A model generated the notes under the pieces. It did not search any database, was not told the DNA's origin, and saw only the letters and a program-made list of their open reading frames with translations. This document shows positions 9,090 through 19,550 of a stretch of DNA of 45,107 nt, one piece after another. Position 1 is the stretch's first letter; each line of letters begins with the position of its first letter. This stretch comes from a virus. Its lineage: Duplodnaviria > Caudoviricetes. The translations under genes and the position numbers were made by a program. The stretch lies in the IMG/VR virus record IMGVR_UViG_3300030376_006335, positions 1 to 45,107 of that record; one strand, given 5' to 3'.

Positions 9090-10760
9090 TTATCCAATAG
9101 TTTCAATTGTAAATTCACTAAAGCCTGCATCTTTTGTGATTTCTAATTTTTTATCAAAATATTCACTAGGTAATACTGTATGATTAATTACAAATGTATT
9201 AAGGCCTATATCTTGAATTGTATCATGCAAGATATTAATTATATGATATACACCATCTGAATCTATTGAAGAAAAAATCTCATCTAAAAATAAAATGTTA
9301 AGAGAAGGGAATCTAACTTTAATCATTTTCATTAAAGCCATAATAATTACAAAATCAACTTTTTTCTTTTCACCTGTACTTAAAGTCTTCGCGCTTATTT
9401 CAGTTCCTAAGTGATGTAGTGTACAATAAAACTTTTCATTAAATCTAATACCAAAGGGAATTCCCATTTCTCTTCCCATTAAAAGTATATGATTATTAAA
9501 AGAAGGAAGAATAGATCTTACTGCTAAATTTTTAATACCATCTTCACCCATTAGATTTTCTAATATTGTTAAATAAAAATCATCAGCTTCACTTTTTAAT
9601 TTACCTGTTGATTTTTCATCTTTACGAATTTTAAAATCCTTGACTAATTGCTTTAGGTTAGTTGAAGAATCCGATTCATCTTTTTCTGATAATTCAATTA
9701 ACTTATTTTTAATAGCCTCCATCTCTGCTTCTAACTGCCCAGTCCTTACATGAATTTCTCTACCTTTTAATCTTAAATCATTTAATTTTTCTACCGAGTC
9801 TTCATAGCTCTTTTTAACAGATTTAAACTTTTCTTCTAAAGTTATTAATGATTCTTCTTTTTCTTTTTTAATATCTAAATGAAAATCAGAAGTAAGCGGA
9901 GCTGTACATGTAGGACAAGTTGAATTTTCAAATAACTTTAAATCATTTTTAACATTTGAAATTTTATGTTTAATAGTAGAATGCTCAGATGCTTTAGTCC
10001 TGGAATCTAAATCTGTCTTTTCTAATTTTTCTTTAAGAGACTTTGTAAATTCCTTTAATGTCTTTCTTTTCTCATTTAAATCTACTAAATCATTTTTTAA
10101 TTTCTTAACTTTAGATTTATCTTTTTCAGCAGTTAACAATTCAATTTGTTCAATCTTATCATAAACAGACCCAATAGATTCATTAAGAGTTCTTATTTCA
10201 TCTTCATAAGTTCTTATTTCTTCAATAATACCTCTTCTTTTTTCTTTTACCGCCTCAGCCATTTCATTAATTATTGAAAAGCCAAATATTTTATCTATGA
10301 TTCTTTTCTTATCATAAGGAGACATTGTAATAAAGGATTTAAAATCATTAACAGATAAGATAATTACATTCTTAAATACATGATAAGGTATTTCATATAT
10401 CTCTGTTTCTAAAAAATCTTGCAGGTTTACTTTACCAGCTACATCATATTCAGATCCGTTAATCTTAACATTAAAGATGCTTGGATTAATTCCTCTTTCT
10501 ATTTCAATACGATTACCTTTAGACTCTAACCATATTCTTCCATAAAGTTCACCATTTACTCTGTTAGGTAAATCTTTTAAGGTTGAACCTTCTACTTTAC
10601 CATAACATAAATAAGTTATAACTTTTGCTAGTGTACTCTTACCTGCGCCGTTTCCACCTAGCACTAAATATAAGTTACTTTTATCTTCTTCAAAATCTAT
10701 TATTTGCAATCTATTTCCATAACTTGCAAAGTTTTTAAATTCTACCTTTTTAATCTTCAT
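9090..10760 (-). CDS. gp46: Recombination endonuclease ATPase subunit (gp46/SbcC/Rad50)
   Basis: Walker A GGNGAGKST, zinc hook CPTC, signature LSTGEKKK, Walker B LFLDE. Confidence 0.95.
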   Translation of the reverse strand: MKIKKVEFKNFASYGNRLQIIDFEEDKSNLYLVLGGNGAGKSTLAKVITYLCYGKVEGSTLKDLPNRVNGELYGRIWLESKGNRIEIERGINPSIFNVKINGSEYDVAGKVNLQDFLETEIYEIPYHVFKNVIILSVNDFKSFITMSPYDKKRIIDKIFGFSIINEMAEAVKEKRRGIIEEIRTYEDEIRTLNESIGSVYDKIEQIELLTAEKDKSKVKKLKNDLVDLNEKRKTLKEFTKSLKEKLEKTDLDSRTKASEHSTIKHKISNVKNDLKLFENSTCPTCTAPLTSDFHLDIKKEKEESLITLEEKFKSVKKSYEDSVEKLNDLRLKGREIHVRTGQLEAEMEAIKNKLIELSEKDESDSSTNLKQLVKDFKIRKDEKSTGKLKSEADDFYLTILENLMGEDGIKNLAVRSILPSFNNHILLMGREMGIPFGIRFNEKFYCTLHHLGTEISAKTLSTGEKKKVDFVIIMALMKMIKVRFPSLNILFLDEIFSSIDSDGVYHIINILHDTIQDIGLNTFVINHTVLPSEYFDKKLEITKDAGFSEFTIETIG

Positions 10761-11838
10761 AGTTAGGTGATAGTGTTCTATTATACAATTCCTTTACTGA
10801 TACTTTTAATCTTTCTTTTAAATCATCATCATAATCCAAAGAGTTAATATGCTCAGCTGCAATATTCATTAAATTTAATTCACCGTTAAAATCTGACATT
10901 TCACCGTCTTCTCTATCATACGGATTTTCTTCATCATAAATTCTAGGTTCTAATTTTCTAGCTAAACCATCAAGATAATCCATAAACATATTAATATTAT
11001 ACTTACCTAAAACATTAGAAGGAATAAAAACATCTACAAAATTATTTTCTATTTCTTTTGCAACATCTTCCATTCTCATTTCCAATATTTCATTAATATA
11101 ATATCTTATAAAGATAGGGCTTAACTTATTTTCAAAAAATTGATGATTTCCACTTTCTAAATCTAATAAGTATATTCCCTTTTGATTATCTCTATCAGAT
11201 CTAGTCATTTGATATGGATTGCCTACTAGGACAAAATTTTCTTTATCTTGTCTATAATGTATATGACCAGAGTATACTCTTTTAAATCTTTTAAATATAC
11301 TGACTACATTACCGCCATCATGTAAATGTTTTGTACTAGGACTGGTTTGTACGCCTTGTGTTTCTGTGTGACAAAACATATAATCAATATTTTCCTTTAT
11401 AGAATCTAAAGTTTCTTTTTCATGTTCATGATTCCTTCTCCAAGGCATTAATAAACAGGTTGCAGTTTTATACTTTAAAATTTTAGGTTCTTTTAACACT
11501 GTGACATTAGGTAAATACTTTAAACAATCAACAGATGAGATTTCATTTGAATTTTTTCTCATTATATCATGATTACCTACAATGATATGAATATCTGGAA
11601 AGATCTTACCTAATTCTTCAAATACTCTAATAGCCAAATCTTGTGCTGCAAGATTAACACTTTGTCTATTATCAAATACATCACCTAAATGATAAAGAAC
11701 ATCACCTTTTTTATATTCTTTTTTTACTAGAGGAATAAAGAAGTTAAAAAAATAATCTTCTATAATTTTTAACCATAAGACTGAATTTGATCTGCACCCT
11801 AAATGCGAATCACTTATCATCCAAATTCTTTTTGCCAT
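10750..11838 (-). CDS. gp47: Recombination endonuclease subunit (gp47/SbcD/Mre11)
   Basis: SDSHLG, LGDVFD, VGNHD, SGHIH metallophosphoesterase motifs. Confidence 0.95.
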   Translation of the reverse strand: MAKRIWMISDSHLGCRSNSVLWLKIIEDYFFNFFIPLVKKEYKKGDVLYHLGDVFDNRQSVNLAAQDLAIRVFEELGKIFPDIHIIVGNHDIMRKNSNEISSVDCLKYLPNVTVLKEPKILKYKTATCLLMPWRRNHEHEKETLDSIKENIDYMFCHTETQGVQTSPSTKHLHDGGNVVSIFKRFKRVYSGHIHYRQDKENFVLVGNPYQMTRSDRDNQKGIYLLDLESGNHQFFENKLSPIFIRYYINEILEMRMEDVAKEIENNFVDVFIPSNVLGKYNINMFMDYLDGLARKLEPRIYDEENPYDREDGEMSDFNGELNLMNIAAEHINSLDYDDDLKERLKVSVKELYNRTLSPNYED

Positions 11839-11839
11839 G

Positions 11840-12334
11840 TTAAAAGAGTTTTCTGATTTTTCTTTTTTCTAAAATATTGTATTTAGCATCTAATTCTTTA
11901 ATGAGTTCATCCTTAAATTTATTAGATAATGAATTGTAAAATTTATTTGGAAATACATCAAAATAATCTGAAAGAACACTGAATAAATCTATTCTAGTAT
12001 AATCACTTCCTGTATTTTCTATAATGTAGAAAAAGACTTTATTAATTTGTACTTTATTTAATTTTTTAATGATACCATCTGGCGTAGCTTCATTAAGATG
12101 TTCAAATTCACTACCTTTTATTAATTTGTCAATTACCTCAAATAATGAATCATAATGTTGCTTATCATCTGGATCCATTGAATCTACCCATGAGGATGAT
12201 ACTGTAAAGTTTATCTTTTGTCCTGATAAATCTTGTTCTCCGTATGTATTATTAAAGATTTTATCTTTTTCTTGGTAGCCTGATTGTTTATCATCTTCGG
12301 CTTTTGTAAGTTTCTTTTTCTTTTTTCCCCACAT
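11840..12334 (-). CDS. Hypothetical protein
   Basis: 164-aa ORF tightly packed between helicase and gp47. Confidence 0.7.
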   Translation of the reverse strand: MWGKKKKKLTKAEDDKQSGYQEKDKIFNNTYGEQDLSGQKINFTVSSSWVDSMDPDDKQHYDSLFEVIDKLIKGSEFEHLNEATPDGIIKKLNKVQINKVFFYIIENTGSDYTRIDLFSVLSDYFDVFPNKFYNSLSNKFKDELIKELDAKYNILEKRKIRKLF

Positions 12335-12343
12335 AATTTTATT

Positions 12344-13630
12344 TTAATTTGTTATTTCATCAGTTTCAGTTAAACGCATACGCTCATAATCAATATTAAA
12401 TTTACAGCGTGAACCTTTACCTTGACCGTCTCTAATTTTTAAAACCTTTAACCAATACTCACGTTCTGAGTGCATTATTGAATCTTGGATTAATGCATAC
12501 ATAACATCAGCAGTATGAGCCAAACCTGCAGATTCTGCAATGTTTTCCATTCTTACTTCAGTTGCATCCCATGCACCACGGTTAATTTGAGTAGCTGATA
12601 TTACCAACATATTTCTTTTAACAGCTAATGCTCTTAAGTCTTCTGCAATTTGTTTAATCTTTATATAAGTATTTTCAGTATTAGGATTTCTATAATTAGC
12701 TAAGATATTTATATAATCAACGACGAGTACATTTACTTTATGATCAGTTGTTTCTTCTAAATCTTTTAAATAAGATTCAATATCAGGAATAGTACCTTGT
12801 GAAGTCGGATATTCTTTTACAAATAATTTACCTGGTGGTAATAATCCTCGAGATACTCTTTCTAATCTTCTTTTCATATAATCTCTATTAGCAGAATTCT
12901 TATCATAATCCATCATAGGAATATCCAAAAGATTAGATCCTATTCTTTTAAGTACCTTTTGTGCTGACATTTCTGCTGTAATAAAAACTACATTATGTCC
13001 CATCTTAACAAAATTAGCGGCATCATTTGCTAACCAAATAGATTTACCAATATTCTGTTCACCTGCATAAATGATTAATGATTTAGTATCATAACCTCCA
13101 CCAGATACTCTATCTACAAAACTCCAACCTGTTTCTATTTTCTTAGAGGTTCTTTGGACGTGAGCCTCAGGATTAAAAAAATCTAAACCTGTATCAGTAT
13201 CAAAATTAATTGATCCATCTGTAGAGATCATACCTATTGCACGTTGTACTACATCCTCAACATTTTCTGGTGATACATCTTGAGTTTTTACATATTCAAT
13301 TGTTCTTACTAACTGTTTATCAAAATGTTTCCATTTAACCCACGCTTCACCAGTTCTTTTTAACCAATCTTGATCATATTCATTAATATTAATATCATAA
13401 ATAGATTTTACTATATCTTGAGATATTTCATTAGGATCATCTTTGACTAATGCTGACATCTGTTGTTTAGATGGGCTTTCACCAAACTTTAAATAAAAAT
13501 CTTTTGATAATTTTGCGATTTGATCTAGATCTCTATTTGCAAAGAAACCTTTTCCTGTACCTTTTAAATAGTGTGGCTTTGTTAAAAAATAATTAAAGAA
13601 AATCTTTTCGTGATCTATACTTGATTTCAT
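12344..13630 (-). CDS. gp41: Replicative DnaB-type helicase, T4 gp41-like
   Basis: Walker A GEQNIGKS, TAEMS, VDYINI, ATQINR, AESAGL...ADVM. Confidence 0.93.
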   Translation of the reverse strand: MKSSIDHEKIFFNYFLTKPHYLKGTGKGFFANRDLDQIAKLSKDFYLKFGESPSKQQMSALVKDDPNEISQDIVKSIYDININEYDQDWLKRTGEAWVKWKHFDKQLVRTIEYVKTQDVSPENVEDVVQRAIGMISTDGSINFDTDTGLDFFNPEAHVQRTSKKIETGWSFVDRVSGGGYDTKSLIIYAGEQNIGKSIWLANDAANFVKMGHNVVFITAEMSAQKVLKRIGSNLLDIPMMDYDKNSANRDYMKRRLERVSRGLLPPGKLFVKEYPTSQGTIPDIESYLKDLEETTDHKVNVLVVDYINILANYRNPNTENTYIKIKQIAEDLRALAVKRNMLVISATQINRGAWDATEVRMENIAESAGLAHTADVMYALIQDSIMHSEREYWLKVLKIRDGQGKGSRCKFNIDYERMRLTETDEITN

Positions 13631-13642
13631 GTAGTTTTATTT

Positions 13643-13669
13643 TTATATGCTAAAAAACATAATTAGTTT
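13643..13669 (-). promoter_or_regulatory. AAAC-N18-TATAA promoter for the helicase
   Basis: AAAC TAATTATGTTTTTTAGCA TATAAAAATAAA. Confidence 0.7.
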
Positions 13670-13974
13670 TATTGGTATGGATTATGAATAACCTCATATG
13701 TAGTATAGGCCGAATTTTGTAAAGCTATTTTTAAAAAATTATGTTTAAGTAATTCTTTTAAAATAACATCACACCTTTCTGGAGTTAAGCTCCACCTTTT
13801 TGCCATTGAGACATCTGTAAATTTTATCTCTTTAGCAACCTTTCCGCAATAATCTCGGATTAATTCAAAAAGTACATCTTCTGCATCAGGGTAATGTGGT
13901 AATGATGTGTGGTTTCCTAATACATACTTTACTTTAAGTTTAGCAGTATTAAGAGTTTTCGGTAACATCATCAA
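13669..13974 (-). CDS. Small hypothetical protein, possibly winged-helix
   Basis: 101-aa ORF overlapping the uvsX end; the helix-helix-beta pattern is only suggestive. Confidence 0.55.
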   Translation of the reverse strand: MMMLPKTLNTAKLKVKYVLGNHTSLPHYPDAEDVLFELIRDYCGKVAKEIKFTDVSMAKRWSLTPERCDVILKELLKHNFLKIALQNSAYTTYEVIHNPYQ

Positions 13975-15154
13975 CTGTTTCTGTAATTATATTTCCTAAT
14001 TCTTCTTTATCTAATTCATCACCATAAGTAAATTTTTCATTTACAATAGGTTCAATTAGTTTAAGAACATCTTCAGTCAAAACTTCTGGTGTATATAATT
14101 TGTTTAAATCAACAGAATCATTTAAATGCTTTACACAAATCTTACGAGCTGTTGCTGCTGGTTGAAAATAAACAGTTACATCTTTTTTATCTTTCTTAAA
14201 AGAATGTTTTCTACATTCGGCTTTACCGGTATCAGTTAATTTATTAAAGGCACCTTCGGTAATAAATCTTCCTCTTTCAATACCGCAAGTATCCCAGCTA
14301 ATATATTCTTCTAATCCTACATAAGGATTCATACCTTTATTAAAAGAAATATGGAATTTAATATTTGTTGGTTTTGCAAATCTATTTTTATTAGGTTTTG
14401 CAGTTACAATAATTCCAGTTTGTTCTACGCCTTCTTTAAGTTTAGCTTTACCTAAGAATAGAATTATAGAAGCTGCATACTCTGGGCCTGTACCTCCACC
14501 ACCAACTTGTCTTGAGAAAAGATCTTGTGTTTGGTACGTATGATTTGAGAATAAGAAAGGAATTTTACAAATACCAAACTGAGTCATAATAATTCTGAAA
14601 GTTGATTTAAGTAACTTAGCTCTTGTCATATCAGCTTTACTACTTCCGGTTTTTGCATCATCAATTTCTTTTTGTGTTGCAAGGTTACCAGCAGAATCTA
14701 AAACAACCATTATTTTTGGTAATTCAATTCCTTTTTTCTTTTGTTCAATTAATACATCAGTAATAGCAGTAACTGAACTTCTAAATTCTTGAACTGTATT
14801 ACATGGTTCATATCTAAACTTTGAAGCATCAATACCAAATTTTTCAACTAATCTTTTATCTACAGCATTTTCAGAATCATAAAATATAATACTATAACCT
14901 TGCTTTTGAGCTTGCTTAATTGCATTTAAGATAAGATAAGTTTTACCAGTACCTGAAGGTCCTGCTAAAGCTACTGCTCTATTATTAGGATAACCGCCAA
15001 ACAGAGAACCTGTTAAGCATGCATTTAAGTGATAATTTCCAGTTGGAATATAATGATCAATTTCTGAAATTGTTGATTTGTCTAAAGTATTTCCATATTC
15101 GGATATCTTTGACATTTCTTTGTTTAAATCTGCGAATGAGAATTCCTTTGCCAT
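13949..15154 (-). CDS. uvsX: RecA-like recombinase UvsX
   Basis: Walker A GPSGTGKT, YDSENA, VLDS.GNL, ADMTRAK, GGGTGPEYAAS. Confidence 0.93.
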   Translation of the reverse strand: MAKEFSFADLNKEMSKISEYGNTLDKSTISEIDHYIPTGNYHLNACLTGSLFGGYPNNRAVALAGPSGTGKTYLILNAIKQAQKQGYSIIFYDSENAVDKRLVEKFGIDASKFRYEPCNTVQEFRSSVTAITDVLIEQKKKGIELPKIMVVLDSAGNLATQKEIDDAKTGSSKADMTRAKLLKSTFRIIMTQFGICKIPFLFSNHTYQTQDLFSRQVGGGGTGPEYAASIILFLGKAKLKEGVEQTGIIVTAKPNKNRFAKPTNIKFHISFNKGMNPYVGLEEYISWDTCGIERGRFITEGAFNKLTDTGKAECRKHSFKKDKKDVTVYFQPAATARKICVKHLNDSVDLNKLYTPEVLTEDVLKLIEPIVNEKFTYGDELDKEELGNIITETVDDVTENS

Positions 15155-15172
15155 ATTATTTTTTGTTTATTT

Positions 15173-15198
15173 TTATATGTAAAATTTATGATTTGTTT
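15173..15198 (-). promoter_or_regulatory. AAAC-N17-TATAA promoter for uvsX
   Basis: AAAC AAATCATAAATTTTACA TATAAAAATAAA. Confidence 0.7.
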
Positions 15199-16129
15199 AA
15201 GATTTATTCTTTAAATCTAATCTTTTAAAATAAGGAATCCAATACTCCTTTAAGATAGCTTCCCAGTCTCTATCAGGAAACATTTGATCATATAATTCAT
15301 TTACATAAGAAGAAATATTATTTTGAGATTCATTAAGAAAGTTAATAATGTTAACTGCTTCTTCTTTTGTATTAAAAGTTTTAACTTTATCATAATATCT
15401 AACTATACCAACTTCAGTAGAAATAAAAGGAATTTTACATGCCACTGCTTCAGCAAAATAAGTAGGCAAACCTTCAGCTCTTGATGGGCAAATTATAGCA
15501 TCAATATCTTCATACATTTTCCAACCATGCGGCCTTCCTGAAATTACAATAGGTTCTATGTTAGCAGCTTCACATATTTCATGAAATAAATCTGGCCTTT
15601 TTATAAATTTCCAATCCTCTTTATCAGTATTACCAACAAATCCAACCTTTTTAATTTGTTTAATTTCTTTAAAAGGTTTAAATTTTTCTCTACTAACACC
15701 AATAGGTAAAAGTTGACTTTCTACACCACGTTCTTTTATTTGATTAACAATATATGGATTAATGCTACAAACTGGAGTTGTAAAAAAGTCTTCATACCAG
15801 CCATGATGAAAATGATCTGCTGGTACATCAACCTCATGATGATATACAGGAATAAATTTACTTTTAAGTTCTAACTGTTCTTCATTAGGTAAGTCAACAA
15901 AAAGCCAACCACTATGTAAAACTTTTGCCATGTAAGGATCTATAATAATTAAATCCCAATTCTTCCATTCTTTTTGATTAAATAAACGGACATACATATC
16001 TGTATCTGCCCAATCCATTAATTCAAATTTAATTTCAGGATAGTCTTTATCTATTATCTTTTTAATATCTCTATGGATAATTCCCATTGCACCTGGTGTA
16101 CAATCTCCAAAGTATAATACTTTTATCAT
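15197..16129 (-). CDS. GT-B (GT4-like) glycosyltransferase
   Basis: VGFVG, KRP, PSRAEGLP..FAEAVAC..PFIST.VG. Confidence 0.85.
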   Translation of the reverse strand: MIKVLYFGDCTPGAMGIIHRDIKKIIDKDYPEIKFELMDWADTDMYVRLFNQKEWKNWDLIIIDPYMAKVLHSGWLFVDLPNEEQLELKSKFIPVYHHEVDVPADHFHHGWYEDFFTTPVCSINPYIVNQIKERGVESQLLPIGVSREKFKPFKEIKQIKKVGFVGNTDKEDWKFIKRPDLFHEICEAANIEPIVISGRPHGWKMYEDIDAIICPSRAEGLPTYFAEAVACKIPFISTEVGIVRYYDKVKTFNTKEEAVNIINFLNESQNNISSYVNELYDQMFPDRDWEAILKEYWIPYFKRLDLKNKS

Positions 16130-17274
16130 TTATTAAATTCTTTTAGATATTCTTTAGTGTATAAAGATTCATCCCATATTTCATACCATCCTCTGCCTTG
16201 AGAAACATCTGTAACTTTTCTAAAAAAATCTTCATACATTGGTGCTACTGATTCTAGTGAAAATTTCTCACCATGCTTTCTACAATCTTCGGATTTTATT
16301 TTGCCTTCATTAATATTGTTAACTGCTCTTACATAATCCTCAAAGGTTCTACATCTATAACCTGTTACACCTTCGATATTATTTTCTGCAAAAGCACCCC
16401 AATCCGAAGTAATAGTAGGAGTACCTGCTAATAAGTTTTCAATTTGTACTCCACCGAAAGGTTCTAAATATTGAGAAGCTAAAAATGATCCTTTTGCATT
16501 TTTCATTAATTCTTTTCTTTCTTCTACACCAGCATACCCAACAAATTCTACATGATCTGGCCATTTATGATTTTCATACGAAGGATCCAATTGGCCAGCA
16601 ACCTTTAATTTCATACCGGTAGCCTTAGTTACTTGTTCTGCAATATGAATACCTTTACCGGTGTATACTCTACCTAAAAATAAAAAATAATCTTCTTTAT
16701 TATCATTATATTCAAATTGATCTAAATCAAAATAATTAGGTATAACTATATCATAATTACTTTGTGCACAAGTTCCAACATTTTTTAATCCACAATATGC
16801 ATGATATATTGCATAAGATTCAAATATTTTATAAGGAGCCCAATGCCCACCTGCATAACCTATACCAGGTTCTATTATATTTAAGTCGCTATGAGCATCA
16901 CAAATAGGTCTAACACCTGCTCCCCAAAAAGGTAATACTAAATCACCTGGTTGTTTTCTTTTTTCTATTTCCTTTATAGCATTTTTATAAAATGTTCGGT
17001 ATGCTTCATCGTTTAAGTCATATGTAAACCACTTACTTTTATAATCATGTGTACCATAAACTTTATTCCACACTTTATTTGTTATAACCGTAACATCTTC
17101 ATCTGCTAATGTATTTGAATCTTCATGACCATAATGAAATATAGTATGACCTCGCCCTTTCATCATTTTACAAAATTTAAGTGCCTTTTGTGTATATGCA
17201 CATGCCACAAAATCTTCATTTGTTATTGTATGAGGTAAACCTAATACATGAATTCTAAAATTTTCTTTTGACAT
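16126..17274 (-). CDS. GT-B (GT4-like) glycosyltransferase
   Basis: LFLGRV..GKG, EPFGGVQIE.LLAGTP.ITSDWG. Confidence 0.88.
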   Translation of the reverse strand: MSKENFRIHVLGLPHTITNEDFVACAYTQKALKFCKMMKGRGHTIFHYGHEDSNTLADEDVTVITNKVWNKVYGTHDYKSKWFTYDLNDEAYRTFYKNAIKEIEKRKQPGDLVLPFWGAGVRPICDAHSDLNIIEPGIGYAGGHWAPYKIFESYAIYHAYCGLKNVGTCAQSNYDIVIPNYFDLDQFEYNDNKEDYFLFLGRVYTGKGIHIAEQVTKATGMKLKVAGQLDPSYENHKWPDHVEFVGYAGVEERKELMKNAKGSFLASQYLEPFGGVQIENLLAGTPTITSDWGAFAENNIEGVTGYRCRTFEDYVRAVNNINEGKIKSEDCRKHGEKFSLESVAPMYEDFFRKVTDVSQGRGWYEIWDESLYTKEYLKEFNK

Positions 17275-17298
17275 AATATTTTTATTTTTATTAATCTT

Positions 17299-18423
17299 TT
17301 AAAAAAGACTAGTTGTATAAATCAAGTTTCTATTAAATGCTTTAAATCCCATTGCAGTTACTACACGATTTATAGGATCAAGTATAGTTTTTTCAAATTG
17401 TCTATCGTGATCAATTTCTGGAGCAAATTCATAAGGATATTCTCCAGGTGCAAATGCGAATACATCACATGATTTATCTTTTGAGAAATACATTTTACAT
17501 TTCTCACCATTACCTAATGGTTGATATTTACCTTTTACTGAAGAATTATTTAATAAGTAATTATGATAACCTGCAGATCTTACACCTATAGGACATCTTG
17601 ATGCAAATTCAAAAGCTTCATAATCATTTACAATATACTTCTGGTAATTATTTACTTTTCTAGAAAAACTAATTTGATCAACATTAGCTAACTTAAATTG
17701 TCTTTTTATGTCTTTAAGTAATGTTGCAAATTCTTTCATATCTAATTTTTCTACCGAAAAGATATAAGTTAATAAATCTTTAAGTTTTTCTCTAGCAAAT
17801 AAAGGTGTTGATGACTGAATAATTTCAAAACCTTTTGAGCTAATTTTGGAAAGATCATCATAATGAATATCTGGATCTTTCCAAACAATATTTTGCATAT
17901 ACTTTTTCTTTGCTAACCAAATTGCATTTTTTGCAATGCTTTCTAATTCAAAAGATAAAAAGTTTTCAGCATTATTATCATCAGCATATTTTTGAAGAAT
18001 CTTTTCTAAATAACCATTTACTCTAACCTGATATAATTTTAAAATAAATTCCTTTTCATCACCTTTCCAACCTTCAGATTTTTGGATTACTTCATCAAAT
18101 TTTACATATACTGAATCTGTATCAATGTAAATACCTACAGGTTTTTCTATTCTACCCGTTACAGTTATTCCCATCTCTTTATGAGCAGCAATATCTTTAT
18201 GCCAATATTGATTAAAATACTTATTAAGTAATTCTTCAGTATATAAAATTGCATCCTTACCTTGAAGAGTAATCGTTTCAGCTATATCAACATTAAAGAA
18301 ATAAAAGTAAGGATTACCAAATGCGCCGTAAATAGAGTTAAGCATTAACTTAACAGCTTGTTCATAATTATAAAATTTACTAGCTTCTTTTTGAATTTGT
18401 TGTAATTCGGTAAGTTCTTGCAT
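17299..18423 (-). CDS. gp43: Family-B DNA polymerase, C-terminal subunit (fingers-C/palm/thumb; gp43B-like)
   Basis: Motif B KLMLNSIYG, motif C YIDTDS, AKKKY, KGFEIIQSSTP. Confidence 0.93.
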   Translation of the reverse strand: MQELTELQQIQKEASKFYNYEQAVKLMLNSIYGAFGNPYFYFFNVDIAETITLQGKDAILYTEELLNKYFNQYWHKDIAAHKEMGITVTGRIEKPVGIYIDTDSVYVKFDEVIQKSEGWKGDEKEFILKLYQVRVNGYLEKILQKYADDNNAENFLSFELESIAKNAIWLAKKKYMQNIVWKDPDIHYDDLSKISSKGFEIIQSSTPLFAREKLKDLLTYIFSVEKLDMKEFATLLKDIKRQFKLANVDQISFSRKVNNYQKYIVNDYEAFEFASRCPIGVRSAGYHNYLLNNSSVKGKYQPLGNGEKCKMYFSKDKSCDVFAFAPGEYPYEFAPEIDHDRQFEKTILDPINRVVTAMGFKAFNRNLIYTTSLF

Positions 18424-18429
18424 TAATTT

Positions 18430-18678
18430 TTAATTTAAGGCGATTAGTTGAGTTGAGGTTGCTCCAAAGGTTTGATCTATAACTAGTGATTCTCCGCTTT
18501 CAAAATACAATGTGGATTTTGTAGTATCATATTGTCCAGTTACTGGATTAAAATATGGTGTTGCATAACTAACATCTTCTTCTTTAAATGTACAGGTAGT
18601 TTGTATAAAATCTATAGTTTCATTACCATTATTAGTTATGATAACTGGATGTAATGCTGTGTTATCGACGTAAGCCAT
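18430..18678 (-). CDS. Small hypothetical protein
   Basis: 82-aa ORF with an exact T4-type TATAAATA motif upstream (18694-18701). Confidence 0.6.
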   Translation of the reverse strand: MAYVDNTALHPVIITNNGNETIDFIQTTCTFKEEDVSYATPYFNPVTGQYDTTKSTLYFESGESLVIDQTFGATSTQLIALN

Positions 18679-18700
18679 AATTATTTTTTAGTTTATTTAT

Positions 18701-18774
18701 AAAGAAAAGAATAAAGGTAGCTTCGTTGCCATCACTAGTCGGACCTATTCACTACCTTTATTCAGATGAAGCTA
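18701..18774 (-). ncRNA. Candidate structured RNA/terminator with competing pairings
   Basis: 12-bp stem GAATAAAGGTAG/CTACCTTTATTC enclosing 31 nt and followed by TTTTCTTT; upstream TAGCTTC is complementary to GAAGCTA, which overlaps the 3' arm. Confidence 0.5.
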
Positions 18775-18778
18775 GGAA

Positions 18779-19528
18779 TTAATCTTCATCAGTTATTGCT
18801 ACAGCTACAGTTAAATGTGTATTGGTATCTAAGGAGCGGAACACTACCTTATTACTGCAAACAATTACTTTATAATTTTCTTTGTCTAAAAGATTAATAT
18901 ATTTTTTGTAAATAACAACCTTTTGACCTACAGCTCCTTCTCCTTCATACGTATGAGCTAAAGTAGCATCATAAGAATCACCTTGAACTGCAACACCTTT
19001 ATCATTTACTGCTAATGTAAATGTATCTTCTTCTCTTTCTAAATTAAATAAAGATTTCATTTTATCTACATGAGTAGTAAGAAGATCAAATTCAAAAATA
19101 CTACCTTCAGTTCCAAATGCACGATCTGTTTCTTCTTTACTCATTTCCATAAAAGATAAAGATGGATCTGCACAAGCTAAATTAATCTGAAGATCATCAT
19201 TAGCTAAAGTAAAATCACTTGCCATTAGTTCTCCGTCAATTTCAGAATATTTAATCTTACCTTGTACATCACCGTTAAAATGAGATAGTGCATCTATAAC
19301 TTTACTACCATTATAAAAACTAACTTTTACTGGGTCAGTTATTTCCGTCTCAAAAATATCAGAGGTTGGTGTTGATACTAGTTTCACTGCATCCCTCTCA
19401 GGAAAATACACAGATGAAACGGTTCCTTCTTTACCAATCTTCATAAAGATAAATTTATCAATCGGTAAAAGTTTCTTGACGAATGTACTTAATTCGTAAC
19501 CGTCAATCTTTTTAATTGTTGCTTCCAT
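18779..19528 (-). CDS. Putative DNA polymerase sliding clamp (gp45/PCNA-like)
   Basis: 249-aa acidic alpha/beta protein next to the polymerase subunit in a replication module; called from size, composition and position. Confidence 0.6.
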   Translation of the reverse strand: MEATIKKIDGYELSTFVKKLLPIDKFIFMKIGKEGTVSSVYFPERDAVKLVSTPTSDIFETEITDPVKVSFYNGSKVIDALSHFNGDVQGKIKYSEIDGELMASDFTLANDDLQINLACADPSLSFMEMSKEETDRAFGTEGSIFEFDLLTTHVDKMKSLFNLEREEDTFTLAVNDKGVAVQGDSYDATLAHTYEGEGAVGQKVVIYKKYINLLDKENYKVIVCSNKVVFRSLDTNTHLTVAVAITDED

Positions 19529-19550
19529 TAATTTTTGTTTTTGTTTATTT

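Noticed and set aside
18709-18774. HDV-like/theta, hammerhead or known riboswitch identity for the intergenic RNA
   Set aside because: GGCAACGAA is suggestive, but I could not build the required P1/P3/P1.1 pseudoknot or match another consensus by eye; kept only as an unassigned structure
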